A stretch of 64,000 bases of DNA from Amoebophrya sp. A120 (Eukaryota > Protista > Dinoflagellata). Below the pieces are notes generated by a model. The model saw only the letters and a program-made list of their open reading frames with translations. It was not told where the DNA came from and searched no databases. Position numbers and translations under genes: made by a program. This document shows positions 48,901 through 61,279 of the stretch, in pieces. Location of the stretch: the NCBI GenBank assembly GCA_905178155.1, contig CAJINV010000001.1:11443571-11507570 (forward strand), given 5' to 3'. Position 1 is the stretch's first letter, and each line of letters begins with the position of its first letter.

Positions 48901-51461
48901 TTGGAATCGACTTTCGCGATCCTACCGACACGCGGTCCACAGCGCTGGGGGCCCGTTCACTGTGCGCTGTCGAGTATCGAATGGCGTCAGGGCCGCGGAG
49001 ACTTTGCGCGGCATGCTTCTCGACCTGCTTCGCAATCTTATCCTTCGCATTGCTGACGTGAGTCTCTTGCAAGGAGATTTTCCTTTCTTGGCTGCGGTCG
49101 AACCCGCGCGTGCGCCCCGAGGCGGTCAGTCGGGTGACCGGCGCGTCGGGTGGATGAGTGGTGATAGTCGATACGGTTTTCGCAACAGCGCCTGCCTTCG
49201 TCGGATCCTGAAGCGACACGGACACGGAGCATGAAATTATTGAAAGATGAACGACACTAATGTCAAAAATCCAGAACCAACAAAAAAACTGAACTACGAG
49301 ATGCAAACCGTCGCAAGGAGGAACGTATTGAAGTATGTTGATCTATTGAAGAGTTTTGAGCCATAGCATACCGGCTTGTCCTTCGCTAGTAGTGGGTGCG
49401 TCGCGACGTGTTTCGCCTCTAGCAGGTGTTGCGGCACTCGTCCCTCTGGCTGCACTTTTTTCGACGTCTTCCGCTGTGACGGCGACTTTGGCACGTAGCG
49501 CTGCAGCATCAAGTCGTAGTGCGACTGGCCCGACGGCTTCTGCATGCGCTGTTTGTGCCGCTCCTGGCTCTGTTCCGTGATCTCCCGCACCACGGGGGAT
49601 CCGAACGCGAGCGCCCCGGTCCGATCCGCCCGGGCAATGTACTGGTCCAGTTGCGAGCGCGCCGCCGGGGCCGCGGACAGCTGCTCCTGGCTTTGCTCGG
49701 CCGCCGAATCCCGGGGCGGCGAGTTGGACCGCGACCGCGGGGACCGCAACCCGGCGAGGCGTTCCTCCCGCCGCTTGGACCGTTCCTCCTCGACGGCAAG
49801 CTGCTCCAGCTGTGCCCGCCGCGGAAGCGCTTCGAAGGCCTCCTTACGTGCTTGAATCAAGCGCTCCCGGTGGTCGCGTTGCGCCTGCTCGTGCGCCAAG
49901 CGCACCCGGGTGGGCTGGTCAATCCGGTGGGTGGGAAAGTGGCTGCGAAAACTGCGCCCGGAGGAGTGCACGATCAGGGACTTCGGCGACGTGCTCTTCG
50001 GCTTCCACTTTTTCAGGCCCGGGACCAGATCTCCACGCGCCGCGCTGGACCCAAAACCAAAATTTTCGCCCGCCCGCTGTCGCCGCTCCTCGCGCAAAGC
50101 GGCGCGCTCCTCAACAGTCATGTAGGCCGTCGCAGGCTTGATAAGGTTGCCGTCTTCATCGAATTCATCTGCAAGTGTTAGTGTATGAGTATCTATGTGT
50201 TTGTTCATGAGATAAACGGTCTCATATCTGATGATCTTCATCGATCTTCTAGTGCTTTGCTAGCTCTGCTGCACAGACGTACTTACAACGTCAAACAATG
50301 AATACGTACCATCATCGCCATCTCCTCTTTCCGCCCTCGCGGCGCTTTCTCTTCGTGCGTCCTCCTGTGCTTTCAACTGTCGTGCTAGATCCTCGGCGGA
50401 TTCCGCTTGCTCTAGACTTCCGAGTTTCAAATCCAAGCGGGACAAAAGGACAATTTTTGGGACGGTTTCCTCCAGAAATTCGTAAAACCGTCGATGATCT
50501 TCCAGCTTGTCCTCGAATAGGCGCTGTGCGTACGCATCCCCAGCCTCGTGGTGCACGCGCGCGGTGACCGCGTCGAGTCTTTGCTGCACTGCCTGCAGTC
50601 GTTGGCGCCAGTTCTCCTCCTTCGTTTCAAAGCTCTGGACCTGTCGCAGCTGCGACGTTTGCGCTTCGAGTGCGCGCTTCTGCGCCTCTAGCCGTGCGCG
50701 CTGCGTCTCTAGTTCCTTTTTCACCCGGTCGGCGTCGGATTTGGACGCGAACACTTCTTCAAACTGATATTTTTGTTGATGAAAAGATACTCTAACTTTT
50801 TTACAGAAGAAGCACCTCATTCCATTTGATTCCTTGCAAGTACCGGATGAAAGCAGGTGCACTACACCCAAAGTTTAGATTTGTTACTTACCCTTTCCTG
50901 GAGCTTTCCCGCCGTCTCTTCCAGGTCTATGACTGGGGCACCATATTTGCCGCCTTTCATCCCCAATCCACTGGTGCTACTTTGAAATCCAGTACTTCCC
51001 GACGTTGTAGCAGATGCTGATGCACTTGCTGTCAGTCCTTTCGCAGCTCCTCCTTTGCCCAGAGCGCCCTTACCCTTCGCCTTGCCACCCGCGTCGGCCG
51101 GTGCAGCCTCGCTGGGAATCGCATTCGTCCCGTCCGCAGGAGCTGTTGCTGCAGGTTGATCTCCTGCTCCCGTTGTTTGTGCGTCGCCACTGGCAGCAGG
51201 GGTGGCGCTCTCGCCCTCTGGTGGTGGACCAGCGCTCTTTTTTCCAAGCCCTTTTTTCTTCCCTCCCTTCAAACTAGATGACGCACCGTCTTCCGTCGAC
51301 ACGGTTGCAGCTGTGGCCGCGCCGTCCGGGGGTGTTCCAGTTGTCGGAGCTGCAGCATCACCCTCGGCCGCTGGCAACGCGGCTTTCTTACCTTTCTTCC
51401 CGATACCTTTGCCCTTTCCAAGCCCGGGCGTCGCTGCAGGTGCGGCGTCGGCCCCCTCCAT
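45960..51461 (-). CDS. Large low-complexity/coiled-coil hypothetical protein (5 exons)
   Basis: ATG 51461 (MEGADAAPAA). ORFs 50862-51539, 50260-50871, 49294-50241, 48107-49306 and 45960-48110 are joined by canonical introns (donors GTAAGT, GTACGT, GTATGC, GTGAGT; CAG acceptors). Confidence 0.7.
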
Positions 51462-52133
51462 GTCCGTCCTAAAATAAGAATAAAACGTTGCTGATGTACC
51501 TAGAAGACCACAACTAGTTCCGCAACTATCAAATCTCAACGTCCGTCGTTCAGCATGGCATCGTGACGATGTCGATACGAAGGTTTTTTACACAGATGAG
51601 AAAGTCGCCGCGTCGAGCCTACCACGACATTCCCGACGAATCACGAAGCGATCAAATACGAAACGATCAAGGTATAAGATGAGAACGAGTCAAGTAAAAC
51701 GATTTGACGAATGTTGAACCCAAGTAGCGAATCGAATTCCTAGACATACAGCAAAGCGAATCAATTAGTAAGTCTGGTGATTCATCTGGAGCGTCTAGAA
51801 AAGCTCGGATATGCATGTTGATCGACGACACGCCTTACCACTTTTCAAAATTTTCCTTGTGCATGTGCTTCATCCATCCTCTTTTTGGAAGATATCGCTT
51901 GTGAAGCGAACTACTCTTGAGTTACTTTACTCCGCCTCCATGGTCGACGGATGCGAAAACTTTCTTGTATCTTGCGTGGCAATCATGCAGTTGATGTAAG
52001 ATTTTTGCGATTAGCGTGATAGCGCAGAATCTCAGAAGGTGGCATTACTTCGTACCGATTAGCTGGAGATAATGTAGCAAAAGTTGTTGTGTCTATCTCT
52101 GACCAGCAGTTTGCAATCAGCGACGCGGCGAAA

Positions 52134-54828
52134 TCAGTACGACGACACGTCGTCGCCCAGCACAAAAGATTCGCACTCCTTTGCCAAGTCCTGCACGACG
52201 TTCCGTTTGTCCTGCAGGATTTGCTTTTGCAACTCCAACAGGTCGCGCTTCTGCTTCAGATACTGGTCGACCTCGGAAATGTGGTTGATAATCCCCAGCA
52301 GCTTCTCCTGCTCACCATTGGACTCGTCGTCCAATGTGGTCGACCACGATGCTCCGAGGCCGAGACCTTCCTCGTCCAGAAGATCTCCCTCGCCGACCTG
52401 CGCCGTCGTGGGCGACACCGTGGTTTTTGGGTAACACCCCGCTGCTGCTGCGCCGGAGAAGGGGCCGCCCACTTTGGAATAGTCCACATACATCGAATCT
52501 TTCTCGCTGTCGTAAATATGCGGGAAGGGACGAATCGTTAGCATTTCGTCGTCCACGTCGGCGTCGCTGTTACATGAATATTGGTTGGTGTGATTCGTTT
52601 TTTTATTCTGTTTTCATCTGCGAAGTGAAATAAATAATAAAGGACAACTCCATAATGGTACTCGTAGACACATCGACAATCACAAATGCAAATAAATCGA
52701 ATTACTCATAAGTACCTAGATGAAGTGCTGTTTTCTGCTTCGTCACAGCTACCCGGCGCTGCAGTGCTTTTCGTCGCCGACGCGTCCGCAGCGACCTTTG
52801 CGGCGCTTGATGTTGCCCCAGCGGAGCCCTTGATATGCTTCTTGAAGCTCCACCTAAGTAGATGACAGATACATACAGACCAAAACAAATGTTTGGTTTT
52901 AGTTTTTTGCTTCGCAATACAATGCGCACCATGCAGGCATAATCGTCAGCATCGCGATTCTTCAACACCGAGGGAACAACAACCAGCATCTCAATCTGTA
53001 CCTGCCCGGCGTGTGTTCCGCGTACACGTAATCTTCCTCGTCCGCTTCGAGAAGCGTTCCCCCTGCTGCTGTTCGCGGGGGAAAGACAAGATCCTCCTCC
53101 TCGTCGTCCTCGGACTCTTCGGAACTCATTTCATCCTCGGCAGACTCGTCCTCACTGTTGACATCGTTTTTGATATTACCGTATGCATGGCTCGCAGCTG
53201 CGCCGGCATGATTATATCCACCGGTGTTGTACACCAAAGGGTGATTTTTCAGCAGCTCTCCCGCGACATCCACCACTGGCTCTTCTTCGGATTCGGTTTC
53301 CGAAACGTCGGAATTTCCATCTTTTTCTTCACCCGCGACAGCATAATTCTGCTCCTCGCCGGAGGACGAATCCTCTTCGTCGGAATCCTCATCGGAATCC
53401 GTGAAATTCGGCGGTGTCGTGTCGAGAAACTTCTTCTCGTTCGAATTGTCATAGAACCGATTCATCTGCTTTATGTACGCCGCCGTCTGGCTCGAGGAGG
53501 AGAAGGCGTTCGAGCTGGAGGAGGGCGCCGATATCGTCTTCACCGAGCTTGGTGGGGGGGTGGTGGGCGCAGAGGCGGATGAAAAGTAGGTGGGTTTGGA
53601 AACATCTTCATAGGGTACAGAACCTCTTGCCATCGGGGTCCTCGAATACAGTACGTCGTGCGTGCGGCGCTTGGCCTCCTGCCGCAGGGCTTCCATGCGG
53701 TGCAGCAGCCTTTCCTTCTTTTCCAGGTCCGCCGAGATCCTGGCGTTCTCGTCGCGGATAGCCTCCACTAGGCTGCCGGAACCAGGCTTTAAGTAGTCGG
53801 TGTCTTCTGCCTCTTCCTCGGAGGACTCTGTTTCCTCGGATGAACCTTCTTCGTCGTCTTCGAGCACGAGCATAGCCTGACGATTTCAATTTTTCATTCT
53901 TCGTGCTGGTCTTGTTTCATCATTTCGATTTCGCCACGTACGACGTGTATGAAAAAATTCGTTTTCGAAGTGACAAGAATATCGTGCTGTCTTGTGGGCG
54001 GCCCGAGTAGGGCGGTTCCAGATCCCCCAAAGAAAATCATGACATCAGTGACAAGAAAGTATACCTCTTCCTTCGCCACCTCCACCAAATGCTTCGCTCC
54101 ATGATACCATGTGAAGAAGTCTACCGGCGTGGCGCAAATGATCTTGATCTCGTTCTCCCCCGTCTCCTTCTTCATTTGCATCGTGATCGAGTAGATGCTC
54201 GATCCCGGGGTGCCGTAGCGGGGGGATATAGAACGCGACCGACTTCCGCTGCCGCCAGAGCCACCTGCAGAAACAGTAACAGCCATGGTCACGGTGTTGA
54301 GATACAACATATTCACGAAGGAATGTCAAACGCACGGAAAAGGACAACTTTATTGTTCCTGAAGCTGATAATGCATTGATCCGATCACTTCGCTACCCTG
54401 GAAAAGGAGCAAAACCAACTTCATTTCGGTACGCTCATCCCGTCCTCGTGCAGAGGCAGCAGCTTCCGGGTCCTCCAAGAAGCTTCTCGGTCGTTCGCCC
54501 ACAACGGATTCGATGTCCTTGATCTGAAAATAATTTTTGTGACTGTGGGACAGACGTCACTCCAGACTCGACTTCCGTCCGCGAAGTGGTAGCAAGCAAC
54601 ACACAATGTCCAAAAAAACACAAGAGACTTTATTCGCACCGCGATTCCCGGCCAGTTGTCGAAAATTTCGTTTCGTTTCAGGTCCACTTCGGCGCCCTTC
54701 GGGAGAAACGTGATGCGCTTCGAATCCTCTGAAAGTAGTACGAGGTGAATCTCCACCGGTTCGCCAAACATCGAAACCAGCAGCGGCATTCCCTGCCGCA
54801 TGGCCTCGAGGGAGCTCTTCTCCACCAT
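52134..54828 (-). CDS. Multi-exon protein with a probable N-terminal PH-like domain and acidic/coiled-coil C-terminus
   Basis: EAMRQGMPLL...LLSEDSKRITF...YSITM...EIKIICATPVDFFTWYHGAKHLV resembles a PH fold ending in the conserved Trp helix. Downstream ORFs 52962-53873 and 52134-52556 are acidic. Confidence 0.5.
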
Positions 54829-55581
54829 GATGCTTCTTTTGCGCTCTACCTGGAGAGGACTTCAGGCGATTTTCTTCGCGGAGTTAGTAGACACGAAGAA
54901 AAGCAACGCTCTTGTACGAAAACAGCACAACTAATTTCAGAGTCAGCCACAGAGTCACATTGACGCGCAAAATAAACTAGCAACATTCTGTCACTCCGCA
55001 GCCAATTTGGATTTGCGTTTGCATAGCTGTGTCCCCGGCTATCAAGAACAACATAGCACCTCATAACAAGAAGGTGACAGCGCATGGTGCGCTGCATCAA
55101 TGGTAATAGGGATGTCTGGTGATGATTTCGAGCGTGCTCTGCAGCTAGAACTCTAGTTGACAAAGAAAATCCGCAGCTATGCTGAAGTTTTTAGTGTGAT
55201 TGTGTTTTTTGTATGCGATCGGAAAGCCGCCCCGGGTGGAGCTTACGGTTACTTTTTGTTTTTACATTTCTCAGGCGCACGTATGAACTAGCAAGCAGGG
55301 GTGGCGGAGTTCGACAAAATACAAAGTTTTAGAATGAAAGTAAGTTTAGGCATGTTGATGGGGTACTTAAACGCAAATTTTGCCACATACGCATTTCATC
55401 AGGTTCTGGACCTGGTCAAAACCCCACTGTAGGTTTGATTTTAACCTTTGGAAGTTAGTGTTAACATCCTTTGGAAGTTAGTGTTAACAGTTGATGTGAC
55501 CTCGAGAATCCATTTTGTATCAATGAATTGATTCTTTCACATTAGCATAGTAGTACTCCACTCGAGGAACTACGTGGTGAA

Positions 55582-56409
55582 TCACATCCTCATCCCCACC
55601 GTCGGAGCGCTGTGGGCCGGGGTACACATGATTTCGTAACTCCAGCAGGATTTCGGTTGCTTGTACATCGCCACAAACTGCTCCGCAATGTCCTCTGGGG
55701 GCATCATCTTTTCCACTGGCATTCCCCACGCCCGGGTCGCAGGAGAATCGATCACGCCGTCGATGTTGATGTTGCAGACGTGCACGCCGAGCGGACCATA
55801 CGTCTGGTACATGGATTGCCCGAGGCTACGGAGTGCCGTTTTCCCCGGCGCGATACCACCGAATTTCGCCCCGCCGCGCAGCTGCATGGTGGCGCCACTC
55901 AGCAGGATTGCGCCGGACTTTCGTTCCAGCATATCCGGGACGCACTCGCGGGTGCAACGAATCAACCCCCCAATCTGTGTGTCGTGGGCCATGTTAAGAA
56001 AGCTGACATCCAGCTCGTGAGGCTTCATCGCATCGTCTCCGAAACTGAAGCCCGGCGGGAAAGGAGTGCCTGCGTTGAAGACCAGGCACTCGATTTTGGC
56101 GTCCGGAAAACTAGCTTTAATCTGGTCGAACGCGCTCTTTACCTGGTCGTCGCTGGTAAGGTCCATTGGAACGGAGATTGTCGTCGCCTGCAGACCTTTT
56201 TCCTTCTGGATACTTTTACACTCATTTGCGACTTTTTCCAGAACATCCGTGCGCCGGGCTGTCAACACAACATTGAAGCCCTGCTCGGCAAATTTCATTC
56301 CCAGTGCGCCACCGAGCCCGTAGCGTGTGTACACCGAAATGTCGGAGGCGCCTTGCTGGTCGTGTTTCGAGCCGGCGCCGACGATAACTGCGATTGGGGA
56401 GGAGGTCAT
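55582..56409 (-). CDS. Short-chain dehydrogenase/reductase (atypical, lacking the catalytic Tyr)
   Basis: Intronless 275 aa with VIVGAG...GLGGALG, LTARR, VFNAG, GAILLSGATMQLRG, FGGIAPGKTALRSLGQS, GVHV...IDGVID and PEDIAE. Confidence 0.9.
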   Translation of the reverse strand: MTSSPIAVIVGAGSKHDQQGASDISVYTRYGLGGALGMKFAEQGFNVVLTARRTDVLEKVANECKSIQKEKGLQATTISVPMDLTSDDQVKSAFDQIKASFPDAKIECLVFNAGTPFPPGFSFGDDAMKPHELDVSFLNMAHDTQIGGLIRCTRECVPDMLERKSGAILLSGATMQLRGGAKFGGIAPGKTALRSLGQSMYQTYGPLGVHVCNINIDGVIDSPATRAWGMPVEKMMPPEDIAEQFVAMYKQPKSCWSYEIMCTPAHSAPTVGMRM

Positions 56410-57261
56410 TTTTGGAAAATTCGCTGATGCACAAGTTGTTGGTTCTTGTGTTGTTTGATCGTAAAGTTATGTACTTAGTACCGAGAAAAGTTTAATAAAC
56501 CTGACTTTGCAACTTTTGCTGTGAATACGGTCTATTTGAGAGGTTCTACTGTGAAGAGACGAGGGCGGTGTAGGAAGGCTTTGAGCTGCTGTGAAAAAGA
56601 TCAGGTCGCAAGAGCAGACACAAGTCAACTTCTATCGGTCGGTGAAACAACAAGCGCCTAAGTTTCCAGCAATTCGAAGTAGGAGGAGCGATGTCAGAAA
56701 GAATGGATCATCTTATTCTTGGATCTCATTTGAGAAACCGAAGGATTTTATTGGTCTCACGACAACATTGCATGCACAATTGAAATTATCATAAACCGGT
56801 GCTAGACATGATCCTCGGGAAGTCACTCTATTACTCTCGTTAAAAAACGCGCACACTGCTAAAAAACAATCGAGGGAAGACACGATCTGGCACTCATGCT
56901 GCAAGAGGAGCTATTGAACCAACAGAATTCTGTCCTATCTGGTTGTATCAGAACTCACTTTCAGGTACTGGCAACATGCTGCCAGTCATGCTGATCCTTT
57001 TGCGCATCTTATTTTCTGTTTCAAGAATAAGTCTAACGACAGAGGAAAGACCGCCAGGTTGGTTGTCCACCTGACGTGCTCGTCGTGAAAGTGCATGGAA
57101 TCCGGAATAGGTTTGACAGTAATCTAGTATCTCCCTTACGAACGACTGTGAATCGACGCGGATTGGATTCTAAAGGTCGTGGTCAACACAAAATCGACGC
57201 TTTTACATGCTCATCTTGACGAGCTTACATGTTTTTGCTGCTTCTACCTCGAGCTGCCGGT

Positions 57262-60200
57262 TCAATCGAGAGACGGTATCTCGACTTTCAGCTTAGCTGC
57301 GATTGTTTTCAAAGCAGTTGCAGTCTTCTTGCTGTTTTTCTCGAATACCAAGTGCCAGGCATTCCACAAGTTTTCGAAAGTATTTTCGATTCCAAGGATA
57401 TCCGTCAAGAAGTACCACAAGACCATGGGCTTCGTTGGCACACGTGATGCTGATGATTTCGATCCGGGGGGAGGTACAAAATCCAGGCGGAGTACACTTT
57501 TACTTGGTGGCTGCCTCCGCTGTTCTACTGGTGCGGTCTCGAGTGCTGGCTCTGGTGAGTAAAACATGTATGGTTGCGGACGGTAATCCATTCCTCCAAG
57601 GACCGTTCTTGCGACCGCCATAGTACCAGTCACGTATAGAAACATCCGCTTGATTATTTTCGTCCGAACCTGCGTTCCACGCTTCACTTCGTGCAGAAAA
57701 CCATGGAAACTCTCAAAAACCCGCGAAGCGGCAGCGTCACCTGCACTAGCACGAGAGGCACGAGCGCAAGCCTCACGTCGTGATGGTAACACTTTTTCGA
57801 GGTCCTTTTCTGACACAAACATGTTGGCCGACCAAAACACTGTCAACAATGCTTGATTGAACCGGCGCCTTCGAGGGAGAGCCAGGCCCTCGTACTGCTT
57901 CAGCATCTTTTTCATCCTGGCGGTCTTCTCCTGCTCGTCATCCTCATCTCCGTTCTCTTCGCTGTGGAACTGAAACGATCCCGTGGATGAAATAGCCAGG
58001 ACAAAAGATGCTGTTGCTTCATCCACCTCTTCGGGCGAAAGACGCCCTTTCCCATTCGCCAACGCGCAGACTTTTTGTTTCCCGTGTGAGGACTGTAGCT
58101 TCCTGTACGCAGAAATTCCTTCACCAAATGTGGCCATCAAACGCATTGTTTCATCTTGGGACGTCGGCTCGACGGCTCGAGATCGCTCCACGCTTTCGTT
58201 TGCGAGGACCTCGTCAATATGCGTGAACAGCTCCTTCCCGCTGATTGTAGTCTTCTGCAATCCCTGCCACTGCCAGGACAAGAGGAATGCTGCGATGTTG
58301 TGACGCAAGTTGGGACAATCATTACCAACGTCAGAATCATTGCTGCCGGTGTGCCACATGGCCGCGCCTCTCTGTGTGATGAACTTGTTTGCGTCTTCAC
58401 TGCTGCTCGTACCGAGCCAGAAACTCGTGGATGCGTCTACGTTCCGGTCATCTTGTTCGTCTTTTTGCTCGTGGAGATCCAACAAACACGTTGGCACGAA
58501 GAGCGTGTAGAAGAGGAAGTACGCCCCGTACTCATAAAAGGGAGGTGGTTTCCCTGTCTCCGGGTCTAGAGCGCCAGGTGTGACGATTGTACCGGAAGTC
58601 CGGTCGACGAAACTCCTGACGACATGGTTTTGGCGCGTTGTGAAGTCGTAGCGCCACTGTCGGAGTAAGAAGTATAGGCATTCGAAAACGCGAAGACGCC
58701 ACGACCCGTGGTTATCGACGTCGACAATGGGGCGTGACGCCGAAGGTTTGCAGACAGTTCTCGAGCCCTGCTTGCTGCGACTCCCAGTTCCGGGTTTTTT
58801 CGAGACAATCTCTTGTGATTTCTTTGAGATCGCGGGACAGATGTGGGAGCCGCAACATCCCTCCAATACCGCGCGACCATCCTTGGAAAACCGGTACGCG
58901 TGCAGCATAGCAAAAGCACCATACAGGATGTGACTCACTCGCCAGCCCCAAGCATTTTCCTGTTGGACGAGATCAATTTCTTCGCTCGCCCCCGCCGCTC
59001 TTGTCCCCTGACTTTCGTCATGAACAGGATGTGTCAGAGCGAGATGCAGGAGATCCATGTGACAGCTTATAACGGTGCCGAGAACGTTGGCCACGGACGT
59101 TGCAGTAGCCTTTCCTTGCTTCGCCGATGAAGAGCGATCTTTTGCAGAAGCAGTACATTTTGAAATTGAGGACAGGAGCAGTTTGGTCGATGCAGATCCT
59201 TCGCGCGAAGTCGAGCCGTAGGGACCGAGTGAGTTTGCGAAGATCTGCCGCTTAAAAACTGTGTCCGCTATCCCTGTGCTCAGGGTTCTGAAGACGCCGC
59301 TATTCATTACTGCCTCTACACATTCGATGGTTTTCTGCAGCAAGCGACATAACCAGTCCAAGGTTTCATGTTCGTGCGCGAACGCCCACCGACTCATATG
59401 TAAGGGAGCGAGGCCTGGAAGCATATTGCCTGCGAGAGGCCCGCCGCACTCGCAACGATACAAGCCACCCATTTCGCTGGTCATCCGGCGCATGGTGTCC
59501 TCCCAACACGAAAATTCTGTCGGAACCAACGCGAATATATCGCGAAAGTTTTGCGCTTGCTGGTGGTATTTGCTGAATTCCTCGAGAGTCTTGGACTGTA
59601 CTCTTCCTGGGCCGCCACAGCAGTCCAACAGCAAATATTTTCCCGGCGATCCTCCTTGTAGTGCCAGTGCGACCAATTCGACGCGAAATATCTTCGCGAA
59701 GTCTTCAAAGCGCTTCTGACGGGGTCCCCCGCGGCGCTGCCCATCACGTGAAAAATACTCCAACAAGAAAGTGAAAAAACGAAACGATCCTTCGTGCAGG
59801 CACTGATTGTAGACAAAGGCCTCCGTAGTCCTGTCGTCCAAAGTAAGCCCTCTGGGATTGCAGCGCACCAGTCTCAGGTGATCTCGAAGTGACTCCAGAA
59901 TGTTGTTGAGGAGCGTCGCGTGACGGTCTTCCAGTGACGCAGATTGCGTCCTCGTCCACCAAATGGTCTTCATTTCCGCCAAGAAGTCAAAAATTTTTGA
60001 GAGAGTCTTTTGTTGATCCTCAGAACCAAACGGGAGTTGGGCTGCGTGTTGCTCCAAAGCACAGGTGTAGTACAGCTCCAAGTCCATCAAGGTTGCATGG
60101 TCCGCACCCTTTTCCGGTCGGCCTCGAAATTTTGCAAACTTTCTTTCCTCGAACAAGACCTTCTCCAGAAACTCCACTGCACCGAGAGCATTGTTGTCCG

Positions 60201-60669
60201 CCAGAAATGCGAAGTGCCTCTCCTCGACATCCAGCATTTCCTGAACGAGCAGTTCCTTCTTTTCTGCTGCGCGCCGTTCGTATTCCGTTAGGAGCCGCTC
60301 ATACTCGGCTTTTTCATCCGTGGCGAGAACGGGCTCCGCACGAGGTTTCCAAGGTCGTGGCGCAACTGTTGGGCTCTCCTTGGCGTGATCCGCAGTGCGC
60401 GGAGCGATCTCTCCGCCTCCACCTGACCCGGCATCACATGCACCCGCATCGTTTGCATGGCCTTGCACCGGCTTGCATCTAAGATCGTCCTCACGATCAA
60501 TGTTCCGTAGAATGAGCCACCAAACGCTCACACGCACCTTGTGATTGTGAACCGGAACAGGCTGGGTTGCGCGCTCGGAATGCGTGAACTGGTGATGAGA
60601 TCCGCGTGTACGAGTGTGCTCATATCCTTTGTCCCGAAGGATCTTCTCGATCGTGGAAAAAGACAGCAT
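57262..60669 (-). CDS. 1135-aa intronless protein with an N-terminal HicA-like toxin domain fused to a large unknown region
   Basis: The N-terminus MLSFSTIEKILRDKGYEHTRTRGSHHQFTHSERATQPVPVHNHKV...LILRNI matches the HicA pattern (L..xG+...R..GSH..F.H......VP.H). The remainder is homologous to 61280-64000. Confidence 0.8.
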   Translation of the reverse strand: MLSFSTIEKILRDKGYEHTRTRGSHHQFTHSERATQPVPVHNHKVRVSVWWLILRNIDREDDLRCKPVQGHANDAGACDAGSGGGGEIAPRTADHAKESPTVAPRPWKPRAEPVLATDEKAEYERLLTEYERRAAEKKELLVQEMLDVEERHFAFLADNNALGAVEFLEKVLFEERKFAKFRGRPEKGADHATLMDLELYYTCALEQHAAQLPFGSEDQQKTLSKIFDFLAEMKTIWWTRTQSASLEDRHATLLNNILESLRDHLRLVRCNPRGLTLDDRTTEAFVYNQCLHEGSFRFFTFLLEYFSRDGQRRGGPRQKRFEDFAKIFRVELVALALQGGSPGKYLLLDCCGGPGRVQSKTLEEFSKYHQQAQNFRDIFALVPTEFSCWEDTMRRMTSEMGGLYRCECGGPLAGNMLPGLAPLHMSRWAFAHEHETLDWLCRLLQKTIECVEAVMNSGVFRTLSTGIADTVFKRQIFANSLGPYGSTSREGSASTKLLLSSISKCTASAKDRSSSAKQGKATATSVANVLGTVISCHMDLLHLALTHPVHDESQGTRAAGASEEIDLVQQENAWGWRVSHILYGAFAMLHAYRFSKDGRAVLEGCCGSHICPAISKKSQEIVSKKPGTGSRSKQGSRTVCKPSASRPIVDVDNHGSWRLRVFECLYFLLRQWRYDFTTRQNHVVRSFVDRTSGTIVTPGALDPETGKPPPFYEYGAYFLFYTLFVPTCLLDLHEQKDEQDDRNVDASTSFWLGTSSSEDANKFITQRGAAMWHTGSNDSDVGNDCPNLRHNIAAFLLSWQWQGLQKTTISGKELFTHIDEVLANESVERSRAVEPTSQDETMRLMATFGEGISAYRKLQSSHGKQKVCALANGKGRLSPEEVDEATASFVLAISSTGSFQFHSEENGDEDDEQEKTARMKKMLKQYEGLALPRRRRFNQALLTVFWSANMFVSEKDLEKVLPSRREACARASRASAGDAAASRVFESFHGFLHEVKRGTQVRTKIIKRMFLYVTGTMAVARTVLGGMDYRPQPYMFYSPEPALETAPVEQRRQPPSKSVLRLDFVPPPGSKSSASRVPTKPMVLWYFLTDILGIENTFENLWNAWHLVFEKNSKKTATALKTIAAKLKVEIPSLD

Positions 60670-61279
60670 GACGCCTGAGTTTTATTCTACTTCTTAGTTT
60701 ACAACTTTCACAGAGCCGAGAAATGTAATTCAAGGTGTTGCCCGTTCTTCTACTCAATTTTTATGTTGGATGAAAGCATTTTTTTTGCTTGAACGAAAAA
60801 AGATGCACCAGAGCGACGACACGAACACCGGTTTTGGTACAGAGCTAATGCTAAATACATCTTTCAATAATTCAAGGCTGATGAGTCGCTGGAGGATGTC
60901 GCTCAACAAAAATTTCTATTATAGAAAAATCATCTACTGAAGGATCATTTCTATGGTGCTCGTGGCCTTCTTTCCGTGAAGCGTCAGTGGCAGAAGTTGA
61001 AAACTTGTTGCTTATTCGCTAAAGTAATACCACGTAGATATGCAGGGCCACAAACACGAGGGTAACTGTCACCGTCTACCACTCGCCTGAACAACAAAGA
61101 TGTGCTCATGATTATGTGCGCGGTCGGAGAGCGAGAAATTATTCTCACCTTATATTCAATTTCATCGAGCTGCAATTATAGCTCGGCAAATCTATACTAT
61201 GGATGCTTTGACTTCTTGGGCTTGGGCAACTCTGCGGTAACAAAACATCAATCAATACCGCGCAGCCACAGCAAAGATT

